Source of the DNA: Chiloscyllium plagiosum
Taxonomy: Eukaryota
DNA: 64,000 bases
Reading direction: 5' to 3'
NCBI RefSeq assembly: GCF_004010195.1
Contig: NC_057750.1
Span: forward strand, 14,927,273-14,991,272
The position numbers were made by a program, and so were the translations under genes. Of this stretch, positions 1 to 12,600 are shown in pieces (positions within the stretch are counted from its first letter, which is position 1; each line of letters starts with the position of its first letter). Below the pieces are notes generated by a model. The model was not told where the DNA came from. It made no database searches and worked only from the letters and a program-made list of their open reading frames with translations.

Positions 1-210
1 GACAGTGGGAGACAGTGGGAGACAGTGGGAGACAGCGAGGGACAGTGGGAGACAGCGAGGGACAGTGGGAGACAGTGAGGGACAGTGGGAGACAGTGAGG
101 GACAGTGGGAGACAGTGGGTGACAATGAGGTTCAGTGTGGGACAGTGAGGTTCAGTGTGGGACAGCGAGGGACAGTGCGGGACAGCGAGGGACAGCGAGG
201 GACAGTGGGA
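1..210. repeat. 10-bp minisatellite (GACAGTGGGA/GACAGCGAGG variants)
   Basis: Directly visible tandem 10-mers running off the window start. Confidence 0.95.
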
Positions 211-582
211 GACAGGCAGTAGGATACAGGCATGGGATACAGTGACAGACGATGAGATAGCAAGGTACACATAGAGATACAGTTGACAGACAAAGAGGCG
301 TCATGAGATACCGTGAGATGCCACAACCCCCCCAACTGAGTCAGTAATGTCCTTCAGCAGGGAGGGAAATCTGCCATCCTTACCCTGTCTGGCCTACACA
401 TGACTCCAGACCCACAACAATGGGATTGAATCTTAACTGTTCTCTGGACAATTAGGGATTGAAAATAAATGCTAACCTGGTCAATCAGGCTACATCACAT
501 GAAAGGAATACAGAAAAATAAAATAAAGATTCAATAAATAACCCTTTGGCCTGCCTTGTTTTATCACAAAGTCACCTCTTAC

Positions 583-695
583 CTTTCCAATCCTCTTCCC
601 TTCCACTGCAAGGGCCTTCATCTTGGAGAAGTAATGGTAATAGGAGACCACATAGGTGACAATAGACTTCTCATCGGGATTCTCCATGTTCACAT
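583..695 (-). CDS. SPTBN4: SPTBN4 coding exon 7 ([38 protein letters not shown])
   Basis: 113 nt, AAG|GTAAG donor, PDEKS motif. Confidence 0.95.
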
Positions 696-3600
696 CTAGC
701 AGAACGGTTCAACATTTCCAACATCAGATATGCAGGGTTATACAAAACCACAACAACTCGGTACACTGTCCCCATCAAATACTCCCAGGACAGGGACAGC
801 ACAGAGTTAGATACAGAGTAAACCCCCCCCTACACTGTCCCCATCAAACACTCCCAGGACAGGGACAGCACAGGGTTAGATACAGAGTAAACCCCCCTCT
901 ACACAGTCCCCATCAAACACTCCCAGGACAGGGACAGCACAGGGTTAGATACAGAGTAAAGCTCCCTCTTCACTGTTCCCATCAAACACTCCCAGGACAG
1001 GGACAACACAGAGTTAGATACAGAGTGATGCTCCCTGTACACTGTTCCCATTAAATACTCCCAGGACAGGGACAGCATGGGGTTAGATACAGAGCAAAGC
1101 GCCCTCTACACTGTTCCCATTAAACACTCCCAGGACAGGGACAGCACAGAGTTAGCTACAGAGTGAAGCTCCCTCTACACTGTCCCCATCAAACACTCCC
1201 AGGACAGGGACAGCATGGGGTTAGCTACAGAGTAAAGCTCCCTTTATACATTCGCCATCCAATATTCCCAAGACAGGAATGAGATTGTATACATCAGTGA
1301 CAGCCTTGATGGTCACTGGACAGTCAGTGGCTCTGCTGTATTCAAATGGAGTAAACACAATCCCTTGTGGTGCCAATGTTCCACCGGGCTGAAACCAGCA
1401 AATGGCAGGGTAATGTCCCAGATACCCTCTGACACGAAGAGGCTCATGGTTCTACCTTCGGGGTCCAGGAGCTTGGCCACGCCCAGCTGCTGCTCAGCCA
1501 CATTAAACGCTTGCTGGAGGTTAAAGGTCGTGTTGGATTTCTGCAGTTTGTCGAAGTCAATGAGGTCACTCCTGAAAAAATGGCAAATATCCAAATGATT
1601 ACACCACGAGGGATAAAACACCGAGACCTCTGAGTGACCTTGGCTCTGGCTGTGGTCACTTTGGCCATATATTGGTTCAGTGGTTCCTTACAGTGCCTCA
1701 GGACAGGGCAAGGGGCATTGGTCTGGTGGAGAGCTGGCCAAAGCCTGACTCTGTGATATTCCTGACAAACATGTATCTCAGTGAGCAGTGTTCCTGACAT
1801 CTCCATCTGTCCCTTCAACAGTACCTCCCAGATTCCACTTGACTGGCACCCCATCCACCACTTTCAACAGCCACTCCCTCCACCACCGACGCTCAGTAGC
1901 AGCAGGGCGTACCATCTACAAGAAATTCACCAAAGGTCCTCAGACAGCACCTTCCAAACCCACAACCGCGTCCATCTAGAAGGACAAGGGCAGCAGACAC
2001 ATGGGAACACCACCCCCTGCAAGTTCCTCTCCAAGCCACTCCCCATCCTGACTTGGAAATATATCGCCGTTCCTTCAGTGTCGCTGGGTCAAAATCTTGA
2101 AATTTCCTCTGTGAGGGCATTGTGGGTCTACCCACAGCAGGTGGACTGCAGTGGTTCAAGAAGGCAGATCACCCCCCAACTTCTCAAGGGGCAACAAGGG
2201 ATGGGCAATAGATACTGGGCTTGGATGTAGGATGAAGCCGTCCGGAGGCCCCACTGAAGATGTTACCTAATATGGTAACAAAACGTCTGGAAATGAACTT
2301 CCAGCTCAGCGAGCAAACCTACATCCAGAACCTCAACCTGAGCTTCTCAAAACTCGCTAGATTGTGGGCTTGTTAACAATACTCAATATTGTGAAAAACA
2401 AAATGAAATGCTGTAAAGACACTTAAGGGCTGCTGAAATCCTGAACCATCAACCTGGGCCCTTGTGGAGACACTAACTATGACATGTGAAGGGAAACGCC
2501 GCATGCCCCCTGAGGGGATACGGCCTACCCAGCATTCCCCTGGGGAGACATAAAACTCTGCTGTAAACAGGGCTGTCAAACCAGGCACCATGCCTATTCT
2601 CAATGCCAAGCTGATCGGCCTTGCTCCATTGCATACCTCACAGGATCAGGACCTCTGCTCACCCATGTGCTGGTTAACAGACAGAGAGAGAGAGAAAGAT
2701 GGGAGAGCAGAGAGGGGCAAAACTAGATAGAGAGAAGGAGCAGTAAGGAGAAGGAAAGAGGGGGCAGAGAGAAAGACAAGCAAAGGAAGAAGGCTAAAGG
2801 AGAGAGTGGGAAATGGAGAGAGGGAACAAAGAACACAGAAGAACAACGAACAGTGCAGAACTGGAACAGGCCCTTCAGTCTACCGAGACACATGATGCCT
2901 TACTAAAATAAACATCTTTTGTCTTGACGCAGTGTGTACCTCTCTATTCGCTGCCTATGTCTGTGAAAATGCCTCTTAAGTATTGCTATTGCATCCGGCA
3001 GCACATTCCAGGCACTAACCACCAGCCAGCTCTGTATCCATCTTACCAGCTCACCTCAGTTCCCATGTCACTTCAGCTTGTGAACCAGCCTGCCATGAGG
3101 GGCCTTGTCAAAGGTCCACGTAGACAATATCTACCACCCTACCCTCATCTATCATCCTTGTCGCTTCCTAAAAAACTCAATTAAGTTTATATGACACAAT
3201 CTTCTTCCTCGTACATGTTGCCTATCACTAACCAGTCCTTATTTTTCCAAATGTGAGTAAATCTTATCCCTAAGAATCTTCTCCAGTAAGTTTCATACCA
3301 CTGATAGAAGGCTCAGCGGCCTGTAATTTCCCGGAATAGCCTTGTTGCCCTTCTTAAACAAAGGAAAAAGGTTAGCTCTTCTCCAGTACACTGATATCAC
3401 TCCTGTGACTAAAGACACAAAGATTTCCCACAAGGCCGCAGCAATTTCTTCACTGGCCTCCCTCAGAATTCTGAGATTGATCCCATCAGGTCTTGGTGAC
3501 ATGTTGAACTTTAATGCTTTTTCAAACACCCAATATTTCCTTTTTTATATCGACATGCCCAAGAATATCAGCATACCTCCCCTGAGACTCACCATCCATC

Positions 3601-6600
3601 ACGTCCTCCTTTGTGAATACCAAGGGAGAAGGAAAGATTGGAAGAGAAAGATAGTGAGGTGAACTTTGGTTAAAAACAGCTAATCGCCTTCCTTGGTCTG
3701 GCTTAGGAACCTATTTGGTTTATACTGATTGAGATTCACCAGCAAACCTTGGCGAGAAAGGGCTCTCATCTTAAACAAGATGTCCTTTATTTGCATGATA
3801 GCAATCAGGTCCATGGTACATTTGTACGTCAAGGGCTCTTAAGGTTCAGTGGTAGTATCCGTACCTCTGAGCCAGAAGGCTTGGGCACAAGTCCCATCTG
3901 CTCCAATAGTGCGTCATTCCGTATTGAGACAGCTTGTTTGAAATGTCTACATTTGGAAGTGATAGAGACAGAAATCACAGCCATGTGGGCTGTTCCTCAC
4001 CCAGACAATCAGCTCTGTTCCATTCACCCTAACAAAGAGGACCTCAAAACCTGCAAAACTCCCCCTCCCCAAACCAACCCAAACACAGCGAGTCCCAGTC
4101 CCTGGTTATTGGGATCTGGTGTCCAATTCTGCCCTGGGACCTGCTAAGTTAGGTGTTGGCGGAAACACGGTGAGCTAATCTGTGGATGTAGCTTTTTATT
4201 CCACGTCATGGGTGTAGCCTAACACAGGCTCCAACGTTAACCCTCTCTGTGCCACTACCTTACAAAACATTCTCTTACATTCTCTTCCCCTCTACCTCCC
4301 CAAAGCCATAAGACTATAAGACATGGAGTGGAAACAAGGCCATTCGGCCCATTGAGTCCACTCTGCCATTTAATCACAGCTGATGGCTGTTTCTTCAAAG
4401 CCATGAATCGTTTTCTTTGTCCTTCGGAGACAGCATGTATTCCCTCCCTTCCACACCTTGAGTTACACCCACTTTACATCTTTGTGTCTTCCACAGCCGT
4501 TAACAGCCTCATTGGTCTTTTGTACTGAACCGCGAAGCCATCTGGCCCCATTATTCCTCACCCTCTACCAAAAGTGTAAAAAATACCAACTTTCCTAGCC
4601 CTTACAGTTCTGAAGAAACGTCACGCCCGATTCAAAATATTATCTCTGTTTCTCTCTGCACGACCTGCTGAGCTTCTCCAGCACTTTCTGTTTCTAGTTT
4701 GGGCCTTCTGCAGTCTTTTACTTTCAACTCTTGATCCCATGGCAGTCCCATCCCAGGGATTGGAAACGATTGGGAAATGACAGTTGAGAGACGGTGGGGG
4801 GGGGGGGGGGGGGGGGTTAATACTGGTGCCGCCTGAGACTGGTTGCTGATTCAAGACACAGGACATAGAACAGTACAGCACAGGATCAGGCCCTTCAGCC
4901 CATCATGTTGTGCTGAACATGATGCCAAATTTAATTAATCCCTTTTGCCTGCCCTTGGTCCATCCCTTAAGTCTTCATACACTGATCTAAAAGCCCCTTA
5001 AACGCCCCTATTGTATTTGCCTCCACCAGCACCCCTGGCATTACGTTCCAGACTCCTACACTCTCTGCGTAAAAAACTTGCCCCTCACATCACCTTTGAA
5101 CTTGCCCGCTATCACCTTAAATGCATGCCCCCTTAGTATTAGACATTTCACCTTTGGATAAAGGTTCTGTCAACCCTATCTATGCACCTCATAATTTCAT
5201 AGACTTCAACCAAGTCTCCCCTAAGCCTCTGCCACTCCAGAGAAAACAACTTGAGTTTTTCTAGCCTCTCCTTATCACTCCTACCCTCTCATTCAGGCAG
5301 CACCCTGGTACACCTTTTTTGCAGGCCTCACCAAAGCCTCCACATCCTTCCTGCAGACCAGAACTGAATGCAATACGCAAGACATCTAATCCCAACATCC
5401 TCCAGCCCTGAGTCCTGTCCCCCCAAAGCAAAGACGTGTACCTGTGTTTGTGGATGAGAGCATTAAATGCAAGCCCATCACTCCAGCTGCTGGTGAAGTT
5501 CTGCACATTCACACCGGGATATCTGAGGACGATAATCAAACAGATACATTTGACAATTTAGCTGGCCCTTGTCTAGATCTGTGCAGACTGCTTAATTATT
5601 CTGTTTTGTGACAGACATCAAATTTTCTGCTTTTAATAGGGGTTCAGTCACTTATTGTTCATGAACCTCTCGAAAACTAAGAAGAGGTGCTTCGGCAGCA
5701 CTGTGTGTTGGTTCAGGACGAGGTAGACGACGCTCTGTTCTGTCACTAAGCCTCCTACTAACTGAAAGAAACTGGCAGTGTAACCCACACGGCTAGGACT
5801 GCTCAAGAGGGGAGACACTATCGTGATCCCCCCCCCTCGCTGTGATCAGCGGACATTTGCTTGAGGTGAAGGGCAGGAATTCTGTGGTTTAAACAGGTAC
5901 TGGGAGAGCTGACGCAGCTGATGTGGATCTGGTGAAAAATCACCCAACACCAGGTTATGGTCCAGATTTTCAACTCTGTCCACCCCAGTCCAACCCCGGC
6001 ACCTCCAAATCATGACGGGGAGCTGGAAAAAGAACAGGCGTGGCTGAAGCTGTCCAGCGTACCGTTAAGATTAAGAACACACTAGTGAGGCAGGGTGAGG
6101 GGGTGAAATGGAGAATTCCTATGGTGTGGTGGTAGTGTCCATACCTCTGGTCCAGTTTCAAGCCCTGCCTGCTGCTACAGAGGTGCGTCAAAACATCGCT
6201 GAGCAGGTTGGTTAAAAATACCTCCATGGGGAAACTAATCCTGTGCCTTCCTCAACAAGAGGAACATTTGGATGAGGCTTGGAGCCAATAGGAAGGTGAA
6301 GAGTACTGGCTGATTAAGTACCTTGAGCACATATAAAGAGAGACTTAACAGTTCCAGGCAGTGGGTATTGGGGGGTCATTCACCCAGACTGCCTCCCTTC
6401 TCTTGTCCATGCCCAGGTACCCTTGGAGGGGGAGAGGTGTTCACTGGTACACTTGAGCCACCTGACCCAAGGGCATCACAGGGCGAGCTGGAGTGCATTG
6501 TCCACACTGGGAAGGACATTATAACTTAAATTCCATTAAAGATCTTGATTATATTGTAATAATGGGTTTGCTTATTCTCGTTGCTCTTGCCAACAGTGTA

Positions 6601-9600
6601 TAAGGAGAGCAGGCTTCTCCCTCCCTCTGAGCCCAGTTGTCTCCAGAGAGGGGATGCCCATTTCTACTGCCTCGCTCAAGGACTTCCAGAGACTGAGGGG
6701 GCAGCAGGAAAGGAGTGGGGGGGGGGGGGGGAACGGAGCACATTGCTGTCATTCAGTAAATTTCTGTTCAAGTTTTCATTTCCCTGTTTTCAATGGGATC
6801 AACCATTTGCTTCACAGGATGCTGCCTGACCTGCTGCGCTTTTCCAGCAACACATTTTCAGCTCCCTCAAAGATGGTGAACAGCCATTTCTGCAGCACTG
6901 TGTACTGAATACTGTGAGTGAAATATCTTCTTCACACCCATTCTGACTAGCTCTCCCAGGCTGTTATACAATGGTAAGAAGGCTCCTAGCGTGCAGTTGA
7001 TCACTGCAATCCTGGCTAATACCAGCCCTGTACTGAATAAAAATAGAGAGGTTGGTCTGCCCTCTGACCCCCAGCCGATGCACTCTGACCTCCAGCCTCC
7101 ACCCCTGTCAGTATGATCACTCACCCAGCTGTCTTCATCTGACACCACAGCAGGAGAGCGTCTTTGGCCGAGCGAGTCTCTCGGTTGTCTTCTGTGTTGA
7201 TTTTAATTACCTGAATCTGAAGCAGAGACACCTACAAAAGAGCCTGAAAGACCAAGATGGCCGCCCCAGACCCTTCTCCACTCAGAGACCCTCTCCCTCC
7301 AATCACTCAATTTACTCTGACCCTCAGCTTCCCCCCATTCCTAATTCCAGCTCCTCCTCCAACTCAAACTCCCTGCCACCCAGCACCTGCCCCCACGCCA
7401 AACTCTTCAACTCTCAGTCTCTACAAGTATTCTCCCCTCCTCTTCCCCTTTCTCAGATACCGTTCCCCCTACCCCCTCTGTTTTGTTTCCCTTACCCTCC
7501 TGCACCTCCCAGCCCTAAACACATCCTCTCTGCTGTCGAGTTCTCAGTCCCTGCTCCTCCCCAAACATCCTCCTCTCTCCTTTTTGACTAACCTCGAATC
7601 TTTTTCTCCCATTTCTCTGTCCCTCACCCTCTTGCCCCTAATCTGAGGTCTTTCCCCAAGAGAGCAGGCACTGACTCGGACAGCCCAGGATGGTCCTTGG
7701 TCAAGGTCTGCCTGGAAGCCGTTACCTGGAAACGGAGGATAATGGTCCAGATGAGGCCGAGAGTGAGCCGGTGGTTTCCGTCGACGATGTCGTGCGAGCC
7801 CACATTCTCCAGGTGAACACGCTGCTCCTTCAGGAACTGTAGAGCCTTGTCCACATTCTCCAGGGAATGGATTCGCATCCGGCCCCGTGTCGGCTTGGGC
7901 TACAGTTGGGGAGGGGGAGGGGGGGACAGTTAAAATACTCACACACCATCGTCAGAACTAACACACAGCCAACAACAACTTGTATAGACATTTCTAAAAA
8001 GCATGAGGGGTGTAGATACGTTGAATGGCAAGTGTCGTGTCCCTAGGGTGGGGATTTCAAGACTAGGAGACATGTTTTAAAGGTGAGAAGAGGAAGATTT
8101 TAAAAGAATAAATATTTCTTCCACAGGGTGGTTGGTGTGAGGAATGAACTTCCAGAGGAAGTGGCATTTGCGGGCACAGTTCCAACATTGAAAACGCGTT
8201 TAGATAAAGTTAATGAAAAGGAAGGTTTTGGAGGAATATGGCCCAAAGGAAGGCAGGTGGCATAAGCTTATGTTGGGAACTTGGTCATAATGAGCAGGTT
8301 AGACCAAGGGTCTGTTTCTGCACTGTGTGACTCCAAGTTGTTTACCCAAGAGCTAGTCTAAGTCAGCGAGCACAGGGCTGATGGGAGAACGGGATTTGTT
8401 GTGAGGAAGGATACAGAAAAACAGGAGCTTTGGGTGACCTTAAGTTTATAGAAGGTGGAATGTGGGAGGCCAGCTTTGAGTGTGTCAGAAGAGATAGGCC
8501 TGGAGCGAACCAGGAATGAGCTGTAAACTAGAGAGAGAGAGAGAGAGCAACAAATAACAATCCTCCAAGGGCAGAGGGAGGTGAGTTTTCCTTTTGCTCT
8601 TCAAGCAAGGACAATGGGTAGACACTGTTCTGATCCAGAACAATTACAGAAACATGATCATTTTGGTCAGCATGGACCAGTTTGGGCTGAAGGGCCTGTC
8701 TCCGTGCTGTAGGACTTGATGGCAGCAGGGTGAGACTAAGGATGGGATCTGAACATCTGTCAGGTATTTAACACTTAGGAAGGACAGCAATATAGGGAAA
8801 GGAGGTGGGGTAGCATTGTTAGTAAAGAAGCAATAATTGAAAACAGAAATCACTGGAAAAGCTCAACAGGTCTGGCAGCATCTGTGCAGAGAATTCACAG
8901 TTAACATTTCAGGTTCAGTGACCCTTTCTCAGAAACGAAGGGTCTAATGGTCTCAAGTTTCTGAGGAAAGGTTACTGGACCTGAACTATTAACTCTGACT
9001 TCTCTCCACAGATGTTACCAGGCCTGCTGAGCTTTTCCAGCAACTTCTGTTTTTGTTTCTGATTTCCAGCATCCGCAGTCCTTTCGGTTTTTAATGAGGA
9101 AGGAAACTGGCTCAGAAAATCTTGACGTAGAAACTGTACAGGTGGAGGTCCAAAACTCAAAGGAGATTATTTGTAGGCCCCCAAACAGTAGTCGTGATGT
9201 AAGAGAAGGCATTAAGCAGGAGATTTGTATTGCGTTCAGTTTTGGTCACTACATTGTCGGAAGGATGTCAAGGCTTTGGAGACGGTTCAGGGTTCAGAAG
9301 AGGTTTACCAAGATGCTGTCTGGAGATTAGAAATGCAATTAATCAGGTTACAACTGTAATCATGGGTGAGTTTAATTTACATATACATTGGAAAACCAAA
9401 CCACCATGAAGCAGGATTTCCTGGTGTGTACACCTCATGGTTTTTTTAGACTAATACATTGAGAAATCAATTAGAGACCAGGTTATTCTAGACCAGGTAT
9501 TGTGTGCTATGAAAAAGTATTAACTAACAATTTGCTGTATTAGGGAAGAGCGATCATAAAATTATAGAATTGTTCATTAAGATGGAGAGTGAAGAAGTTA

Positions 9601-12600
9601 AATCCAAAACTAAGGTCTTGAATCTAAATAAAGATTATGAAGCACAAATCGGCGATAATGGAATGGAGAACGTTTCTAAGAGCCCTGGCATAAATGGGTA
9701 CACAATGGCTAATATTTTAAGAATGTATGTATGAATTACAACAATTATTCATTCCCATCTAACCCAAAAATGAAATAGGAAGGTTGGTTCAACCATGGCT
9801 TACAAAATCAATTCAGGGTGGTATAAAATCCAAAGTGGAGACATATAAAATTGCCAGAAAAAGCAGCAAACCTGAGTTTAGAATTCAGCAAAAAAAACAA
9901 AAGATTTGATCAAGAAGTACAGAGCATCCAGCAGAGTATGAAAGTGAACTTGCAGGAACATAAAAACTGACTGTAAAAGCTTCTATAAATATGCGAAAAA
10001 AAAACAATCAGCGAAGACAAATGTCGATCCTCAGAAATGGACGTGATTGTAATGGGAACAAAGCAATGGCAGAAGAATTGAACACATTTTCTGGTTGTGT
10101 CTTCACAAAAGAGAACAGAAGTAATTTCCCAAAAATCTTAGAATGCCAAGATCTACTGAGAAGGAAGAATTGAATAAAATCAGTATTAGTAACAAAATGA
10201 TACAAGAGAAATTCATGAGGCTAAAGGCGGACAAATCCCAAGGGCCTGAAAAATCTACATCCCAGAGTATTCAAGGAAGTGGCCCTGGAAATATTGGATT
10301 TGCTGGTAGGCATGTTCTAAACTCCTATGGGCTCCAAAGCGGTTCCTTCAGACTGGAGGGTGCTAAATATAGCTTCACTATTTAAAACAAAGGAGAAATA
10401 AACTGAAGAAATATAGAGCACTTTGTCTAACATCGGGGAAAATGCTAGTGTCTATTATAAAATATATGATAACAGAACACTTGCAAAGCATTTAGTCAGC
10501 ACGAGATTATGAATGATTTGGAATTGCCAGTGTTGGACTGGAGTGTACAAAATTAAAAATCACACAACACCAGGTTATAATCCAACAGGTTTATTTGGAA
10601 GCACTAGCTCTCGGAGCACCGCTCCTTCATGAAGGAACAGCGCTCCGAAAGCTAGTGCTTCCAAATAAACCTGTTGGACTATAACCTGGTGTTGTGTGAT
10701 TTTTAACTCTGAGATTATGAAAGGCCCTTCACGAATCCATTAGGTTCTTCTGAAGATGTAACAAATAGAATAGATAAGGGAGAATCAGTGGATGTGGTGT
10801 TCTTGGATTTCAAGAAAAGGTTGAAAAGGTTATAAGAGGCTAAAAATTAAAGCATGCAGCATAAGTGGCTGATATACCAGCTGGGATTGACTGACCTGAG
10901 ACAGAGTGTGGGAACAAATGGATCATTTTCAGGATGGCGGATAGTAATAAGTGGGATACTGCACAGATCAGTGTTTGGGCCACAGCTATCCACAATATAG
11001 ATTAATGATTTGGATGAGGGAACCAAATGCAATATTTCCAAGTTTCCTAATAGCCACAGACGAGATGGGATTGTAAACTGTGAAGAGGTCATTCAAGTAA
11101 GTTGAGTCAGTGGGCAAACACATGGCTGGTGCAGTCCAGTGTGGCTACATGTGAAGTAATACACTTTGGTGTGAATAACAGAAAGCATGATTGAAATGGT
11201 ACACATTGGGAAGTGCGGATGGACAAAGGGTGCCCTCGTACACCAGTCAATAGAATGGAGCAGTGAGCAATTCATAAGGCAATGGGTATATTGGCCTTTA
11301 TTGCCAGGGATTTGAATTCAGAAGTAGGAAGGTCTTACTGCAGTTAACCAGGGCCTTGGTGTGACCCAGCTGGAATACTGGAATTTTGGTCTCACTACCT
11401 AAGAGAGGATATATCCTCCCTAGAGGGAGTGCAGCAGAGGTTCACCAGGCTGATACTGGGATAGCAGGAACCCCCCGCCCCATGAGGAGAGTTTGGTCTG
11501 ACTGGGCCTTAGAAGGAAGAGAGGGGGATCTGATTGAAATGTCTGGAAGTCTAACAGGGCTAGACAGACTAGATACAGAGAAGATGCTTCCCCTCACTGG
11601 AGAGGGTAGAACCAGGGGTCAGAGTCTAAGGATATGGGGTAGACCATTTAGAACGGAGTTGAGGGAACAATTCCTCCCTCTAAAGGCAGTGAGACTGTGG
11701 CATTCTCCACCACAAAAAGCAACGGAGGCCAAATCACTGCATCAGTTCAAGAAAGAGGTTGGTGCGTTTAGAGATTTCTAAGGCATCGGGGCTTAAAGTG
11801 GGAATACGGTATGGAGAGAGAGAAGGCTCAAAGGGCTGAATGGCCTCCTCCAGCTCCTAGTTTCTCGGATGTTTCAAGCTATCGGAGACAGTTCTGGCAC
11901 AATGTTGATGTACGAGGTTCCGGAGATCGGCGGTTAATAGATTGCCATGGATTGCATGGTGTTACCAGGCCCCCGGTAAGTGGCAGGAAGACTGAAGGTG
12001 GATCTATTACCAGCTGCTCTCCCGACAGAACCTCCAGCAGTTTGGTCAGTATGCAGCCATCACGCAGGTCCACGTACAGATCTGTGACCCGACACATCAC
12101 CCGCGCCAGGTGAGAATTCATCCACTTGGTAAAGGTCTTCTTCTGTACAGCATCCCGCTCATCTGGGGGGGCGCCAGGGGGTGGAGGGGTGAAAGGGGAG
12201 GGAGAAGGAGGGGGAGAGGGGGGAGGGAGAAATAGAGAGAGAGGGAGGAAGAGAAAGATGGACAGAGTGGGTCAGAGACACGGAGGGAGAGCAGGAAAGA
12301 GGGNNNNNNNNNNNNNNNNNNNNNNNNNNNNNNNNNNNNNNNNNNNNNNNNNNNNNNNNNNNNNNNNNNNNNNNNNNNNNNNNNNNNNNNNNNNNNNNNN
12401 NNNGGGAAAAGGACAGAGACATAGAGGGGGATAGAGAGAGAGGGAGAGATAGGAGGAGAGAGGGAGAGAGAGAGGGAAAGGGAATGAGAGGGAGAGGAAG
12501 GCAGAAAGTTGCAGGGAGAGGGAGGGAGGTAGAGGGAGACAGAGAGGGAGAGGGAGAGGTGAAGGTGTTAAACCACAGCCTAGTATCTCTCCACACACCA

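Noticed and set aside
656..1054. 132-aa repetitive ORF ([19 protein letters not shown])n
   Set aside because: Translation of the 69-bp intronic minisatellite; the period is a multiple of 3 by chance
762..1278. CRISPR-like repeat array
   Set aside because: Contiguous tandem units with no unique spacers; eukaryotic intron
7052..7646. Long Pro/Ser-rich plus-strand ORFs
   Set aside because: C-rich low-complexity intron antisense to SPTBN4 exons
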